In this document: positions 16,081 to 24,843 of the stretch, piece by piece
Numbering within the stretch: the first letter of the stretch is position 1
Layout of the letters: every line of letters starts with the position of its first letter
Assembly: GCA_930980855.1 (NCBI GenBank)
Contig: CAKNIZ010000004.1
Location: 61,002-93,001 of the forward strand
Length of the DNA stretch: 32,000 bases
DNA from: an uncultured Clostridium sp.
Lineage (GTDB): Bacteria; Bacillota; Clostridia; TANB77; CAG-508
Direction of reading: 5' to 3'
The notes under the pieces: generated by a model
The model's input: the letters and a program-made list of their open reading frames with translations, nothing else
The model's database searches: none
What the model was told of the DNA's origin: nothing
Made by a program: the position numbers and the translations under genes

Positions 16081-16117
16081 TTTAAATTACTATTTAGAGC
16101 CATTGTTAAATTCATAT

Positions 16118-16206
16118 AATTGTATATTAAAGATTTTGCAGTTTAGCGCAGTTTGGAGGACTTTATGTCCGACAGTAAGAAACCAAAAATCTTTTAATAT
16201 ACAATT
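16118..16206. repeat. 20-bp inverted repeat (one bulge) enclosing a 48-nt relatively GC-richer spacer
   Basis: AATTGTATATTAAAGATTTT (16118-16137) faces AAAATCTTTTAATATACAATT (16186-16206). The spacer holds GCAGTTT twice, a GGAGG, and the tiny ORF MSDSKKPKIF (16165-16197). Confidence 0.6.
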
Positions 16207-16254
16207 TTAAAGGATTCTATAACATCTGCGAATAATTAATATGAAAGGATATTT

Positions 16255-16533
16255 ATGAAATTTATTTTTCCACAAAATTTTAATTTTAAAAATAAATTAT
16301 TAGGTATAATTGATTACCCTACTGCTATTTTTAATATAATCTATTTTTTGTTGGTTTACATTTTAACTAACATTTTTATATCTAACTTAACAATAAAGAT
16401 AATAATTATTATACTTTTTTATTTGCCTATATTTCTTATAAGTGTAATTGATTTTAATCATGAGAATATCCTTTACTTCTTTTGGTACATGATAAAGTTT
16501 ATATTTAAGCCTAAGATTTATTTATATAAATAG
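16255..16533 (+). CDS. small 2-TM protein, TcpE/PrgI (VirB3-like) family candidate
   Basis: 92 aa. An N-terminal FNFKNKLLGIIDYPTAIF segment is followed by two TM helices, as in the small TcpE/PrgI-type proteins of Gram-positive T4SS loci. Confidence 0.4.
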   Translation: MKFIFPQNFNFKNKLLGIIDYPTAIFNIIYFLLVYILTNIFISNLTIKIIIIILFYLPIFLISVIDFNHENILYFFWYMIKFIFKPKIYLYK

Positions 16534-16562
16534 TTGTAAACGTCGACAAAAAATGATATAAT
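16534..16562 (+). promoter_or_regulatory. SigA-type promoter (TTGTAA-N17-TATAAT) for the dnaD-like/dnaI-like pair
   Basis: TTGTAA at 16534-16539 and TATAAT at 16557-16562, about 30 nt upstream of the ATG at 16593. Confidence 0.5.
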
Positions 16563-16592
16563 TCGACATAATCGATAGTTTAGGAGGTAAAT

Positions 16593-17552
16593 ATGAAGTT
16601 AGAGCAAAATGATTTATCATTAATATTTTCAACCACTTCTATCCCTGATGTTTTCTTTACTGAGTATTTATCTCAGGCAAATGGAGATTTTATAAAAGTT
16701 TATCTTTATATGTATTTTTTATCTAAATATAATAAAGAAGTAAAAATTAATGATTTGTCTAAAAAATTAGAACTACCATTAAAAACAATTCAAGATGCAA
16801 TAAAATATTGGGAAGATTTAGGTTTACTTATTAGAAAGAATCAAGGATTCATAGTAGCTAATATACAGGAAATTGAATTAAATAAAATATATAAACCTAA
16901 AATTACAATTGCTCCTTCTGATATTGAAAAAGTTGCCGAAAATAAATATAGAGCTAAAGCAATTGATACTATAAATAATGAATTTTTCCAAGGTATAATG
17001 TCTCCTTCTTGGTATGGAGATATTGATTTATGGTTTAAAAAATATGCTTTTGATGAAGAAGTAATGATAGCATTATTTAGATACTGTTTTAATAAATCTG
17101 CTCTTCATAGAAGCTATGTTTCAACAGTTGCTGAAGCTTGGTATAAAAATAAAATAAAAACTTTTAATGATTTGGATTTATATTTCCAAAAAGAAGAAAA
17201 AGTAAAAACTATTCAAAATTCTATAAAGAAAAAATTAAGGTTACCTAGGCCTCTTAATATTTACGAAGAAGCTTATGTTGAAAAATGGAATATTACATAT
17301 GGATATGGAATGGATATTATAGAAATAGCATTAAAGAAATCAGCAGGTAAATTTAATTTTAGCTTTGAATATATGGACAAATTAATATCTGATTGGCATG
17401 AAAGGAATTTAAAAACTCCTGAACAAGTTAATAAACACTTAGAAACTCAAAAGAATATACCAGTTCAAAATAAGAGTATTCCTGATAAAAAAGAGTCCAA
17501 TTATTCACAAAGGCAATATACTAACTTAAATAATTTTTATAGTAATATATAA
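16593..17552 (+). CDS. DnaD-domain replication initiation protein (DnaD/DnaB-like replisome organizer)
   Basis: 319 aa. Winged-helix N-terminus (FFTEYLSQANGDFIKVYLYMYFL...). DnaD-like C-terminal repeat (..ALFRYCFNKSALHRSYVSTVAEAWYKNKIKT.. and ..IIEIALKKSAGKFNFSFEYMDKLISDWHERNLKT). Confidence 0.8.
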   Translation: MKLEQNDLSLIFSTTSIPDVFFTEYLSQANGDFIKVYLYMYFLSKYNKEVKINDLSKKLELPLKTIQDAIKYWEDLGLLIRKNQGFIVANIQEIELNKIYKPKITIAPSDIEKVAENKYRAKAIDTINNEFFQGIMSPSWYGDIDLWFKKYAFDEEVMIALFRYCFNKSALHRSYVSTVAEAWYKNKIKTFNDLDLYFQKEEKVKTIQNSIKKKLRLPRPLNIYEEAYVEKWNITYGYGMDIIEIALKKSAGKFNFSFEYMDKLISDWHERNLKTPEQVNKHLETQKNIPVQNKSIPDKKESNYSQRQYTNLNNFYSNI

Positions 17553-17566
17553 AGAGGTGATTATAT

Positions 17567-18574
17567 TTGAATGCGCAAAATTTGCAATCTCTTTTAATTG
17601 AATATGACCAAAAAAGAAATAGAGCTATTGTTGAAGCAGATCAGAGAAAAATTGAGTTATATGCTGAAATTCCTGGACTAGAAAAAATAGATAATGATAT
17701 TAACTCAATTTCTATTCGTACTATTAAGTCTATTTTAACAACTCAAAATTCAAAAGCTCCACAAGAACTTCAAAAAGAATTGAATATTTTAAAAGGTAAA
17801 AAAATAGAGATTTTAAAAAATGCGGGTAAATCTTTAAATGATTTATCTCCACATTTTGAATGTTCAAATTGTAATGATACTGGATATATAAAAACTTCCA
17901 ATGGTTCAGTTTTATGTCCTTGTATTAAACAAAGGTTATATAATATACAATATAATAATTCTAATATATATGATTTAGAAAATCAAAATTTCGATAAGTT
18001 TACATTTGACTATTATGCGGATACACCTGATCCGGATAAATATAATTCTGCAATTTCTCCTAGAGAAAATATGATAAAAATTAAAGAGCTATGTGATAAA
18101 TTTATAGAAAATTTTGATAATCCTGAAGAAAATAATTTACTTTTCTGCGGTAGTCCAGGTCTTGGCAAAACCTTTTTATCTTCATGTATAGCAAATGAAA
18201 TAATAAAAAAAGGCAAAACTGTATTATATCAAACTGCTCCTATAATGCTTGATAATATTATTGATTATAAATTTGGAAAAACTAATAATGATATTGTAAA
18301 AACTATTAGCAATGTTGATTTACTTATAATAGATGATTTAGGAACTGAGGCTAAAAACAATTTAAAGATTACCGAATTATTTAATATTCTTAATTCGCGA
18401 TTATTAAATCAAAACAATAGAATTACAAAAACTATCATTTCTACTAATTTGTCCCTACAAGAGTTATATAGTGCATATGAAGAGCGTATTTTATCCAGAA
18501 TTATTGGAAATTATAAAGCTTGTTACTTTTTCGGAGAGGACATTCGTATAAAAAAGAAATTTGCAAATAATTGA
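17567..18574 (+). CDS. DnaI/DnaC-like replicative helicase loader (AAA+)
   Basis: Zinc motif CSNCNDTGYI...CPC, Walker A GSPGLGKTFL and Walker B LLIIDDLGTE. TTG start 7 nt after GAGGTG. It immediately follows the DnaD-domain gene, as in clostridial primosome pairs. Confidence 0.85.
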   Translation: MNAQNLQSLLIEYDQKRNRAIVEADQRKIELYAEIPGLEKIDNDINSISIRTIKSILTTQNSKAPQELQKELNILKGKKIEILKNAGKSLNDLSPHFECSNCNDTGYIKTSNGSVLCPCIKQRLYNIQYNNSNIYDLENQNFDKFTFDYYADTPDPDKYNSAISPRENMIKIKELCDKFIENFDNPEENNLLFCGSPGLGKTFLSSCIANEIIKKGKTVLYQTAPIMLDNIIDYKFGKTNNDIVKTISNVDLLIIDDLGTEAKNNLKITELFNILNSRLLNQNNRITKTIISTNLSLQELYSAYEERILSRIIGNYKACYFFGEDIRIKKKFANN

Positions 18575-18582
18575 TTTTCTAT

Positions 18583-18653
18583 AAAACTCCCCAAACTTAT
18601 TGAGGAGTTTTAATTTAATAAAATTAGAGGCTATTTAAAATAGTCTCTAATTT
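18583..18653. terminator. two convergent terminator hairpins between the helicase-loader gene and gyrA
   Basis: AAAACTCC...GGAGTTTT (18583-18611) and AAATTAGAGGCTATTT/AAATAGTCTCTAATTT (18621-18653). Confidence 0.5.
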
Positions 18654-18659
18654 ATTTTA

Positions 18660-21128
18660 TTATTCATTTTCTAAATCTTCGGTATCTTCTTTGATTGTTT
18701 CTATACTTACAACCTTTCCTCCATCGTTTGTTCTCATTAAAGTTACACCTTGAGTATTTCTTCCTAAAACACTAATTTCTTTAGCTTTAATTCTGATTAC
18801 TGTACCATTATCGGTTATCATCATTACATCTTCTTCTTCATTTGCTATTCTAATACCTACGATGTCTCCTGTTTTTGAAGTAACTTTATATGTGATAACT
18901 CCTTTTCCACCTCTAGTTTGTACTCTATATTCATCTAGCTCTGTTCTTTTACCGAATCCGTTTTCTGTAATTGCTAGTAATGTTTCTTTGCTATTTGTAA
19001 TTATAGATTCCATTCCTATAACAACATCTTCAGGGTCTAATCTAATTCCGATAACACCTTGTGCCGTTCTTCCTACTGGTCTTACATCTTTTTCACTAAA
19101 TGTAATGCACATTCCTTTTTTAGTTACTAGAACTATATTATCTTCTCCATCAGTCAACCTTACATCTATAAGTTCATCATCTTCTTTTAGGTTAATTCCC
19201 TGTAATCCAGTTTTTCTGGCTGAATCATATTCTTTTAGAGGTGTTTTCTTAATTATTCCTGATTTTGTAGCCATAAGCAAGAATTTACCATCTTCAAAAT
19301 TCTTAATTGGTATTACAGCTGTTATTTTTTCTCCAGCATCTAGAGATAATAAGTTAACAATAGCTGTTCCTTTTGCCGTTCTTCCCGCTTCAGGAACTTC
19401 AAATCCTCTTAATCTATATAATTTTCCTTTATTACTAAAGAATAATATTATATCATGAGTCGATGCACTAAAAATTTGTTTTACAAAGTCATCTTCTCTT
19501 GTTGTCATTCCAGTTATTCCTTTTCCGCCTCTTCTTTGACTCTTATATGTGTCTTGTGGCATTCTTTTTATATAACCAAAATGTGTTAGAGCAATTATAG
19601 ATTGTTCTTCTGTTATAAGGTCATCTTCATTGAATTCTCCTTCTGCAGCAACTATCTTTGTAAGTCTTTCATCTCCATATTTTTCTTTCATTTCTAGACA
19701 TTCTTCTTTGATGATATCATATACTAGTTTTTCACTTGCAAGAATTTCTCTTAAATGTGCTATTAACTTCATTAATTCTGCATATTCTTCTTCTATTTTT
19801 TCTCTTTGCAAGCCTTGTAATGTTCTTAGCCTCATATCTAGTATAGCCTGTGCTTGAATATCATCTAAGCCAAATCTTTCCATTAATCTTTCTTTTGCAT
19901 CATCATAAGATTCACGAATTATTTTTATAACTTCATCGATATTGTCTATTGCTATTCTTAAACCTTCTAATATATGAGCTCTTGCTAAAGCTTTGTCTAA
20001 ATCAAATTTTGTTCTTCTTAAAACTACTGTTTTTCTGTGATCAATGTAATAATCAAGACATTGTCTTAATGTTAAAATTTTGGGTTCATTATTAACCAAT
20101 GCCAACATTATTATTCCAAAAGAGTCTTGCATTTGAGTATATTTATATAATTGATTCAATATTACTTTTGCATTTGCATCTCTCTTTAGCTCAATAACTA
20201 CTCTTACCTTTTCTTCTCTATCAGATTCATCTCTTACTTCTGAGATTCCTTCTATTTTTTTGTCCTTTACTAATTGGCTAATATCCATTATTAGTTTTGC
20301 TTTATTTACTTGATATGGTAATGAAGAAACAATTATTCTTTGCTTATTACCACTCATTTCTTCTATTTCTGCTTCAGCTCTTAATGTGATTTTTCCTTTT
20401 CCTGTAGAATAAGCTTGTTTAATACCTTCTCTACCTAATATCATACCTCCTGTTGGGAAGTCTGGGCCTTTTACTATTTTAAATAAATCTTCATCAGATA
20501 AATCATCTTCTGATTCTATTATTTTAATAATTGCATTTAATATTTCTGTTAGATTATGTGGTGGAATATTTGTAGCCATACCAACAGCTATTCCTGAAGA
20601 ACCATTTACTAATAATGCTGGTAATTTTGCAGGAAGTACAGTTGGCTCTTGTCTAATTCCATCAAAGTTCGGCATAAAGTCTACCGTATTTTTTTCAATG
20701 TCAGTAAGCATTGTTTCAGCTATTTTTGACATTCTTGCTTCTGTATAACGGTAAGCAGCAGCTCCATCTCCATCTATTGATCCAAAATTTCCATGTCCAT
20801 CTATTAGAGGATATCTTAATGAGAAATCTTGTGCCATTCTAACCATTGCATCATATACAGACGAGTCTCCGTGTGGATGATATCTACCTAAAACGTCTCC
20901 GACCGTTGTAGCCGATTTTCTGTATGGTTTGTCTGTTGTTAGTCCATCTTCATACATTGTATAAAGTATTCTTCTATGAACTGGTTTTAAACCATCTCTT
21001 ACATCAGGAAGAGCTCTTTGTACAATAACGCTCATTGCATAATCAATATATGCAGTTTTCATTTCTGCTTCAACATCTCTTTCAATTATCTTTCCTTCTG
21101 TAAATTCTGGCTCTTGTTTTTTATCCAT
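18660..21128 (-). CDS. gyrA: DNA gyrase subunit A
   Basis: [41 protein letters not shown] (active-site Tyr) and C-terminal beta-pinwheel repeats. The start is placed at MDKKQEP (21128), 5 nt after AGAGGGA. The ORF-track start is 21146. Confidence 0.95.
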   Translation of the reverse strand: MDKKQEPEFTEGKIIERDVEAEMKTAYIDYAMSVIVQRALPDVRDGLKPVHRRILYTMYEDGLTTDKPYRKSATTVGDVLGRYHPHGDSSVYDAMVRMAQDFSLRYPLIDGHGNFGSIDGDGAAAYRYTEARMSKIAETMLTDIEKNTVDFMPNFDGIRQEPTVLPAKLPALLVNGSSGIAVGMATNIPPHNLTEILNAIIKIIESEDDLSDEDLFKIVKGPDFPTGGMILGREGIKQAYSTGKGKITLRAEAEIEEMSGNKQRIIVSSLPYQVNKAKLIMDISQLVKDKKIEGISEVRDESDREEKVRVVIELKRDANAKVILNQLYKYTQMQDSFGIIMLALVNNEPKILTLRQCLDYYIDHRKTVVLRRTKFDLDKALARAHILEGLRIAIDNIDEVIKIIRESYDDAKERLMERFGLDDIQAQAILDMRLRTLQGLQREKIEEEYAELMKLIAHLREILASEKLVYDIIKEECLEMKEKYGDERLTKIVAAEGEFNEDDLITEEQSIIALTHFGYIKRMPQDTYKSQRRGGKGITGMTTREDDFVKQIFSASTHDIILFFSNKGKLYRLRGFEVPEAGRTAKGTAIVNLLSLDAGEKITAVIPIKNFEDGKFLLMATKSGIIKKTPLKEYDSARKTGLQGINLKEDDELIDVRLTDGEDNIVLVTKKGMCITFSEKDVRPVGRTAQGVIGIRLDPEDVVIGMESIITNSKETLLAITENGFGKRTELDEYRVQTRGGKGVITYKVTSKTGDIVGIRIANEEEDVMMITDNGTVIRIKAKEISVLGRNTQGVTLMRTNDGGKVVSIETIKEDTEDLENE

Positions 21129-21164
21129 TTGTATCCCTCTTTTCATGCTATTTTTACTTTATTT

Positions 21165-21193
21165 ATTATACTAAACCGAATAAAAATTTGCAA
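21165..21193 (-). promoter_or_regulatory. SigA-type promoter (TTGCAA-N17-TATAAT) dedicated to gyrA
   Basis: Minus strand has TTGCAA at 21193-21188 and TATAAT at 21170-21165 with a 17-nt spacer. Confidence 0.5.
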
Positions 21194-21213
21194 GGAAAAA
21201 TGTATAAAAAATA

Positions 21214-21936
21214 TTAATTTATTAGCTTTTTCGCGAGTTCTACTTCTTCATTTGAAAGGTTAAAATCCCCTCCTTTATTTTTAATTAAAATATGTAAATT
21301 TTCTATATTTCTTGCTTCCTTTATTGTACTTTCTAATGGTACAATTTTTTCCAGTTCATTTTCCAACTTTTTATATTCTCTATCCATCTTTTCAAAATTT
21401 CTATCATTATAATATTCCTTCCAGTTTTGTGAATACTTGTTTATTTTTTCTACTGAATTTACTTGATTATTAAATTCGTCCTCTATATTTTTACTAATAG
21501 TATCTAATAATGCATTTTTACCACTTTTTAATATTGAGCAAATTGTAGCTGGAATTTTTCCAAAATTTGAACAAAAGTTTAAGGCATAATCTAGAGCATT
21601 TGAAATTCCATCTATTATTCCTCCACTTTTTACAGCATTTCTTACTTGTGTTACGTTTTCAAATTTTCCAGTAAAAATTCCTATTGCACTTTTACCTAAA
21701 TCTACAGCGGAAGAAATTGCCTCTTCTACACCTGCTTTAAATCCATTATTTATTATTGCATCTTTTACATCAATAATTTGTTCTTCTATAATATCTGGAA
21801 GTAATGCTCTTATTCCAGTATCTAAAGCAGTATTTACTACTTTTCCCAATGTTGTTTCTAAAAATCCTTTTTGTTTTTCTAGTGTTACATCACTTGAAAT
21901 TGATAAATTATTTTCAATATTATTAGCTAATTCCAT
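21214..21936 (-). CDS. hypothetical helical protein, last gene of the VirB4 operon
   Basis: 240-aa ORF overlapping the upstream gene by 14 nt. No motif recognised. The N-terminal half is Gly/Ala/Ile-rich amphipathic and the C-terminal half is charged and coiled-coil-like. Confidence 0.55.
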   Translation of the reverse strand: MELANNIENNLSISSDVTLEKQKGFLETTLGKVVNTALDTGIRALLPDIIEEQIIDVKDAIINNGFKAGVEEAISSAVDLGKSAIGIFTGKFENVTQVRNAVKSGGIIDGISNALDYALNFCSNFGKIPATICSILKSGKNALLDTISKNIEDEFNNQVNSVEKINKYSQNWKEYYNDRNFEKMDREYKKLENELEKIVPLESTIKEARNIENLHILIKNKGGDFNLSNEEVELAKKLIN

Positions 21937-23080
21937 AGTATTTTTCCTTTATTATTTGTTTTTTTATTTTTTCTATTTCTTTATGTAATTTAGTTTTATA
22001 TGTCATATTTTTATTAATTAATAAATCATAATAATCATTTAATTGTATTTTTCCTAAAATATTATATTTTCTAAATATTTCTCTTAATATATTTTCATCC
22101 ATTGATTTAGCTGTGCATTTATTAAATATAATATTTATTTTATTTTTGCTAATTCCCCACTCCTTATTATAAATTTCTAATAATTTTTCTGATTTTTTTA
22201 TTTCTAGTAAATTTGCTCCCGATATAAATATTGCTTGGTCTGATAAGTTTATTATTTCTTTTGTATAATCTAAAAAGCTTTCGGAAGATGTATCATATAT
22301 GACAATGTCATATTCTTTTTTTAATTCCTCATTAATTTTTCTTATCTTTTTACTACTTAATTTGTACTTGGAATCTAATATTAAATTCATCCCTGAAAGT
22401 AAATCTATTTTTGTATTATTTTTTATTATATATTTTCTAAAATCTTGATTGTGATTTATTAAATCATTATTTTTTATTCCTTTTTTTATCTTACCTTCAT
22501 AATTTTTAATACCTAAAAGAGTATGTAAACTTTGATTTAAAACATCAAAATCAATTATTATACATTTTTTATTTTTCATACTTTGTGCAAATAAAATTGA
22601 AAAAACACTTTTTCCTATTCCATTTGTTCCTAAAATACAAATTATTTCTGAATTTTCTTTTGGTGATATTTCATCAGAATAAATTAAATTATTGAGTGGT
22701 AAAGTTTTTTGATTAAAAATTGAATTTTTTGAATTAGTTTTTTTCTCTTTATTTTTTATTGATGGAACATTATCTTTTTTTATTAAACAATTTTTTATTA
22801 AATTTATTATTTTTTCTTCATCATTTGTAGCAGGCGAAATTAATATTATTTTTATATTTTTATTAATTAAATTTATTTTTTTTATTAATTCTTCTGTACT
22901 AATATTTCCATCTAATTCTTCATTTAATATTATATAATCTATATTTGTGTCATTTTCCAAATATTCCAATATACCTTCTTTATATTGAATATCTGAACCT
23001 ATACTTTCTATTCTGTTTTCTTGTAGTTTATTATATAGACCTTTTTTACCTATTGCCGTTATGATTTTTTTTATTTTAAT
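21923..23080 (-). CDS. CpaE/TadZ/ParA-MinD-like P-loop ATPase with receiver-like N-terminal domain
   Basis: Walker A ILGTNGIGKSVFS. The ORF-track start (TTG 22969) truncates a conserved-looking N-terminus: the frame is open to 23086 and encodes IKKIITAIGKKGLYNKLQENRIESIGSDIQYKEGIL. There is no ATG/GTG/TTG in that extension; the candidates are ATT 23080 and ATA 23074, after AGGAGG. Confidence 0.65.
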   Translation of the reverse strand: MKIKKIITAIGKKGLYNKLQENRIESIGSDIQYKEGILEYLENDTNIDYIILNEELDGNISTEELIKKINLINKNIKIILISPATNDEEKIINLIKNCLIKKDNVPSIKNKEKKTNSKNSIFNQKTLPLNNLIYSDEISPKENSEIICILGTNGIGKSVFSILFAQSMKNKKCIIIDFDVLNQSLHTLLGIKNYEGKIKKGIKNNDLINHNQDFRKYIIKNNTKIDLLSGMNLILDSKYKLSSKKIRKINEELKKEYDIVIYDTSSESFLDYTKEIINLSDQAIFISGANLLEIKKSEKLLEIYNKEWGISKNKINIIFNKCTAKSMDENILREIFRKYNILGKIQLNDYYDLLINKNMTYKTKLHKEIEKIKKQIIKEKYYGIS

Positions 23081-24722
23081 TACCTCCTATTATTCTCTTT
23101 TCAAAGTCGGCAGAAATAATTTTGGTTAAAATATGTTCTTGTCCTACAAACATTAGACACTCTCCTTTTTTGAATGATTTAATTTCTATTTTCTCTTTGT
23201 TGGATAATTCTGTATATTTATCTAATACTTTAATATTTTCTTCTTCTAGATTAAAAAATACTTTGATGTTTGAATTATTTAAAATACTTTTTCCATATGT
23301 GCCTTCATCTAAGCTAAATAAATCTGAAACATCTTGAGTAATGGCTATTCCGCTTCCACCATATTTTCTAATTGTCTTAAAGATTTTATATATAAAACTT
23401 GCTACTTCTTTATTTGATGTTACTCCTATTAGTCTCCATATTTCATCTAAATATATTGCCTTCTTTTTTATTCTTTCTTTTTTAATTTTATTCCAAAAAA
23501 GTTCAATGAAAGCGTACATACCATATTTTATGTTTTCTTCACCCAATTCATATATGTCTGCAATTATTATATTATTATCTAAAATAACATTTGTATAATT
23601 ATTAAAAAATTTCATAGAGCCATATATAAATGGAAATAATTTGGCTTTCATTTTTTTATTTAATTTATTATATAAGTCCTCTAATATTGGCATATCTTTT
23701 GTATCTTTAAATTTTCCATTTTTATATAGACTTTCATCTTTAAATGTTATTTCTTTTTCCTTATATGTTTTTATTATTGCATCTTCTATAAGAGATTTAT
23801 CTTCCTCTTTGATATCTTGGATAATTAGTTTAAAAAAGCCTATTAATTTTTCTATTTTTGTCGCCAAATATCCTTTTTGGTCATCTTCTAAGCTTTCTTC
23901 TCTAATGTCTAAAATATTTATATATGTATTTGAGCTTGGTCCTAATTTTATTATAGTGGCTCCTAACGCCTTACCTAATTCGGAATATTCTCTATCTGGA
24001 TCTATAACATATTGTTCTAATCCAAATAAAGCATATCTTAAAATCATTAATTTTGTGAAATATGATTTTCCTGCACCACTTGTCCCAAATATGCACATAT
24101 TAGCATTTTTATATTTATTTGAGTCATATCTGTCTATAAATATTAATGAATTATTATATATGTTTTCTCCAATAAAAATACCCTCTTCATCAAATACTGC
24201 TGAAGAAATAAATGGATAAGTGGCAATTATAGAATTTGTTAAAATATTTCTTTTTGTAATTTCTTTCACGTCTGTATGATTTTGCATAAGTGGTAGGCAA
24301 GACAAATAAGTCTGTTCTTGTCTAAAATATGCTCTTTTTGTTTGCATACCTCTGCTTCTTAAAAAGCCTTCTATTTTTGTTAAATTGTACTCTAATTCAT
24401 CCTTATTTTTTGAGAATATCATTAAATACATATATAGAAAATATAATTCTTCATTATTAATTTGCATTTCTTTTCTAATATATTTAGCATCATTATATGT
24501 AAAAGCTGCTATTTCGGCATCTTGCCTATTTTCGCCTATTTTTTCTAAATCTACTTTTACATTTCCTATGTTATATGTTAGGTCTTTTATGACCTTATAT
24601 GTATCTTGTTTTTCATAATACATAGAAAGATATAAATTTATATTAGAATCTATTATACTTTTTAATATTAAATCATCTTGTTCTCTTATATAATTAACTA
24701 CTAATAATCCTGAATATAGCAT
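23076..24722 (-). CDS. VirB4/TcpF/TrsE-like T4SS ATPase, C-terminal two thirds (frame open up to 24869)
   Basis: Walker A IFGTSGAGKSYFTK, then YVIDPDREY, Walker B IYLDEIWRL, and GIAITQDVSDL. The upstream in-frame extension encodes ..YLSPSYINLNNPKYIEIDGMLYSGLLVVNY, which still looks like VirB4. Confidence 0.8.
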   Translation of the reverse strand: MLYSGLLVVNYIREQDDLILKSIIDSNINLYLSMYYEKQDTYKVIKDLTYNIGNVKVDLEKIGENRQDAEIAAFTYNDAKYIRKEMQINNEELYFLYMYLMIFSKNKDELEYNLTKIEGFLRSRGMQTKRAYFRQEQTYLSCLPLMQNHTDVKEITKRNILTNSIIATYPFISSAVFDEEGIFIGENIYNNSLIFIDRYDSNKYKNANMCIFGTSGAGKSYFTKLMILRYALFGLEQYVIDPDREYSELGKALGATIIKLGPSSNTYINILDIREESLEDDQKGYLATKIEKLIGFFKLIIQDIKEEDKSLIEDAIIKTYKEKEITFKDESLYKNGKFKDTKDMPILEDLYNKLNKKMKAKLFPFIYGSMKFFNNYTNVILDNNIIIADIYELGEENIKYGMYAFIELFWNKIKKERIKKKAIYLDEIWRLIGVTSNKEVASFIYKIFKTIRKYGGSGIAITQDVSDLFSLDEGTYGKSILNNSNIKVFFNLEEENIKVLDKYTELSNKEKIEIKSFKKGECLMFVGQEHILTKIISADFEKRIIGGN

Positions 24723-24843
24723 TCCATCTATTTCTATATATTTAGGATTATTTAAGTTTATATATGATGGACTTAAATAATCCTTTTTATTAAATATTCC
24801 TCCTATATAACTTTGATTGCTAGAAATAAAATCACCTCTTTTG

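Noticed and set aside
16544-16569. Shared CGACAAAA...AATTCGACAT motif in the dnaD-like promoter (16544-16569) and upstream of the VirB4 operon promoter (25454-25469), as a possible common operator
   Set aside because: There is only one exact 10-mer plus a short flank. Its positions relative to the two promoters differ (spacer/+1 versus upstream of -35, on opposite gene strands). Single 10-mer coincidences are expected in 32 kb of biased-composition DNA. It may be worth revisiting if genome-wide motif enrichment is found.
18862-19857. Plus-strand ORFs 18862-19458 and 19630-19857 inside gyrA
   Set aside because: They are antisense to an unambiguous gyrA reading frame. The translations are low-complexity (Ser/Leu/Phe/Ile-rich), as expected from the complement of AT-rich coding DNA.
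23122-24618. Four plus-strand ORFs (23122-23337, 23341-23598, 23641-24219, 24385-24618) opposite the VirB4-like gene
   Set aside because: Antisense shadows of a gene with clear Walker A/B motifs, with no motifs or RBS of their own. The same reasoning applies to 1474-2076, 3851-4549, 5403-6491, 6566-6757, 10394-10669, 12636-12908, 18013-18216, 26117-26935 and 28369-29729.
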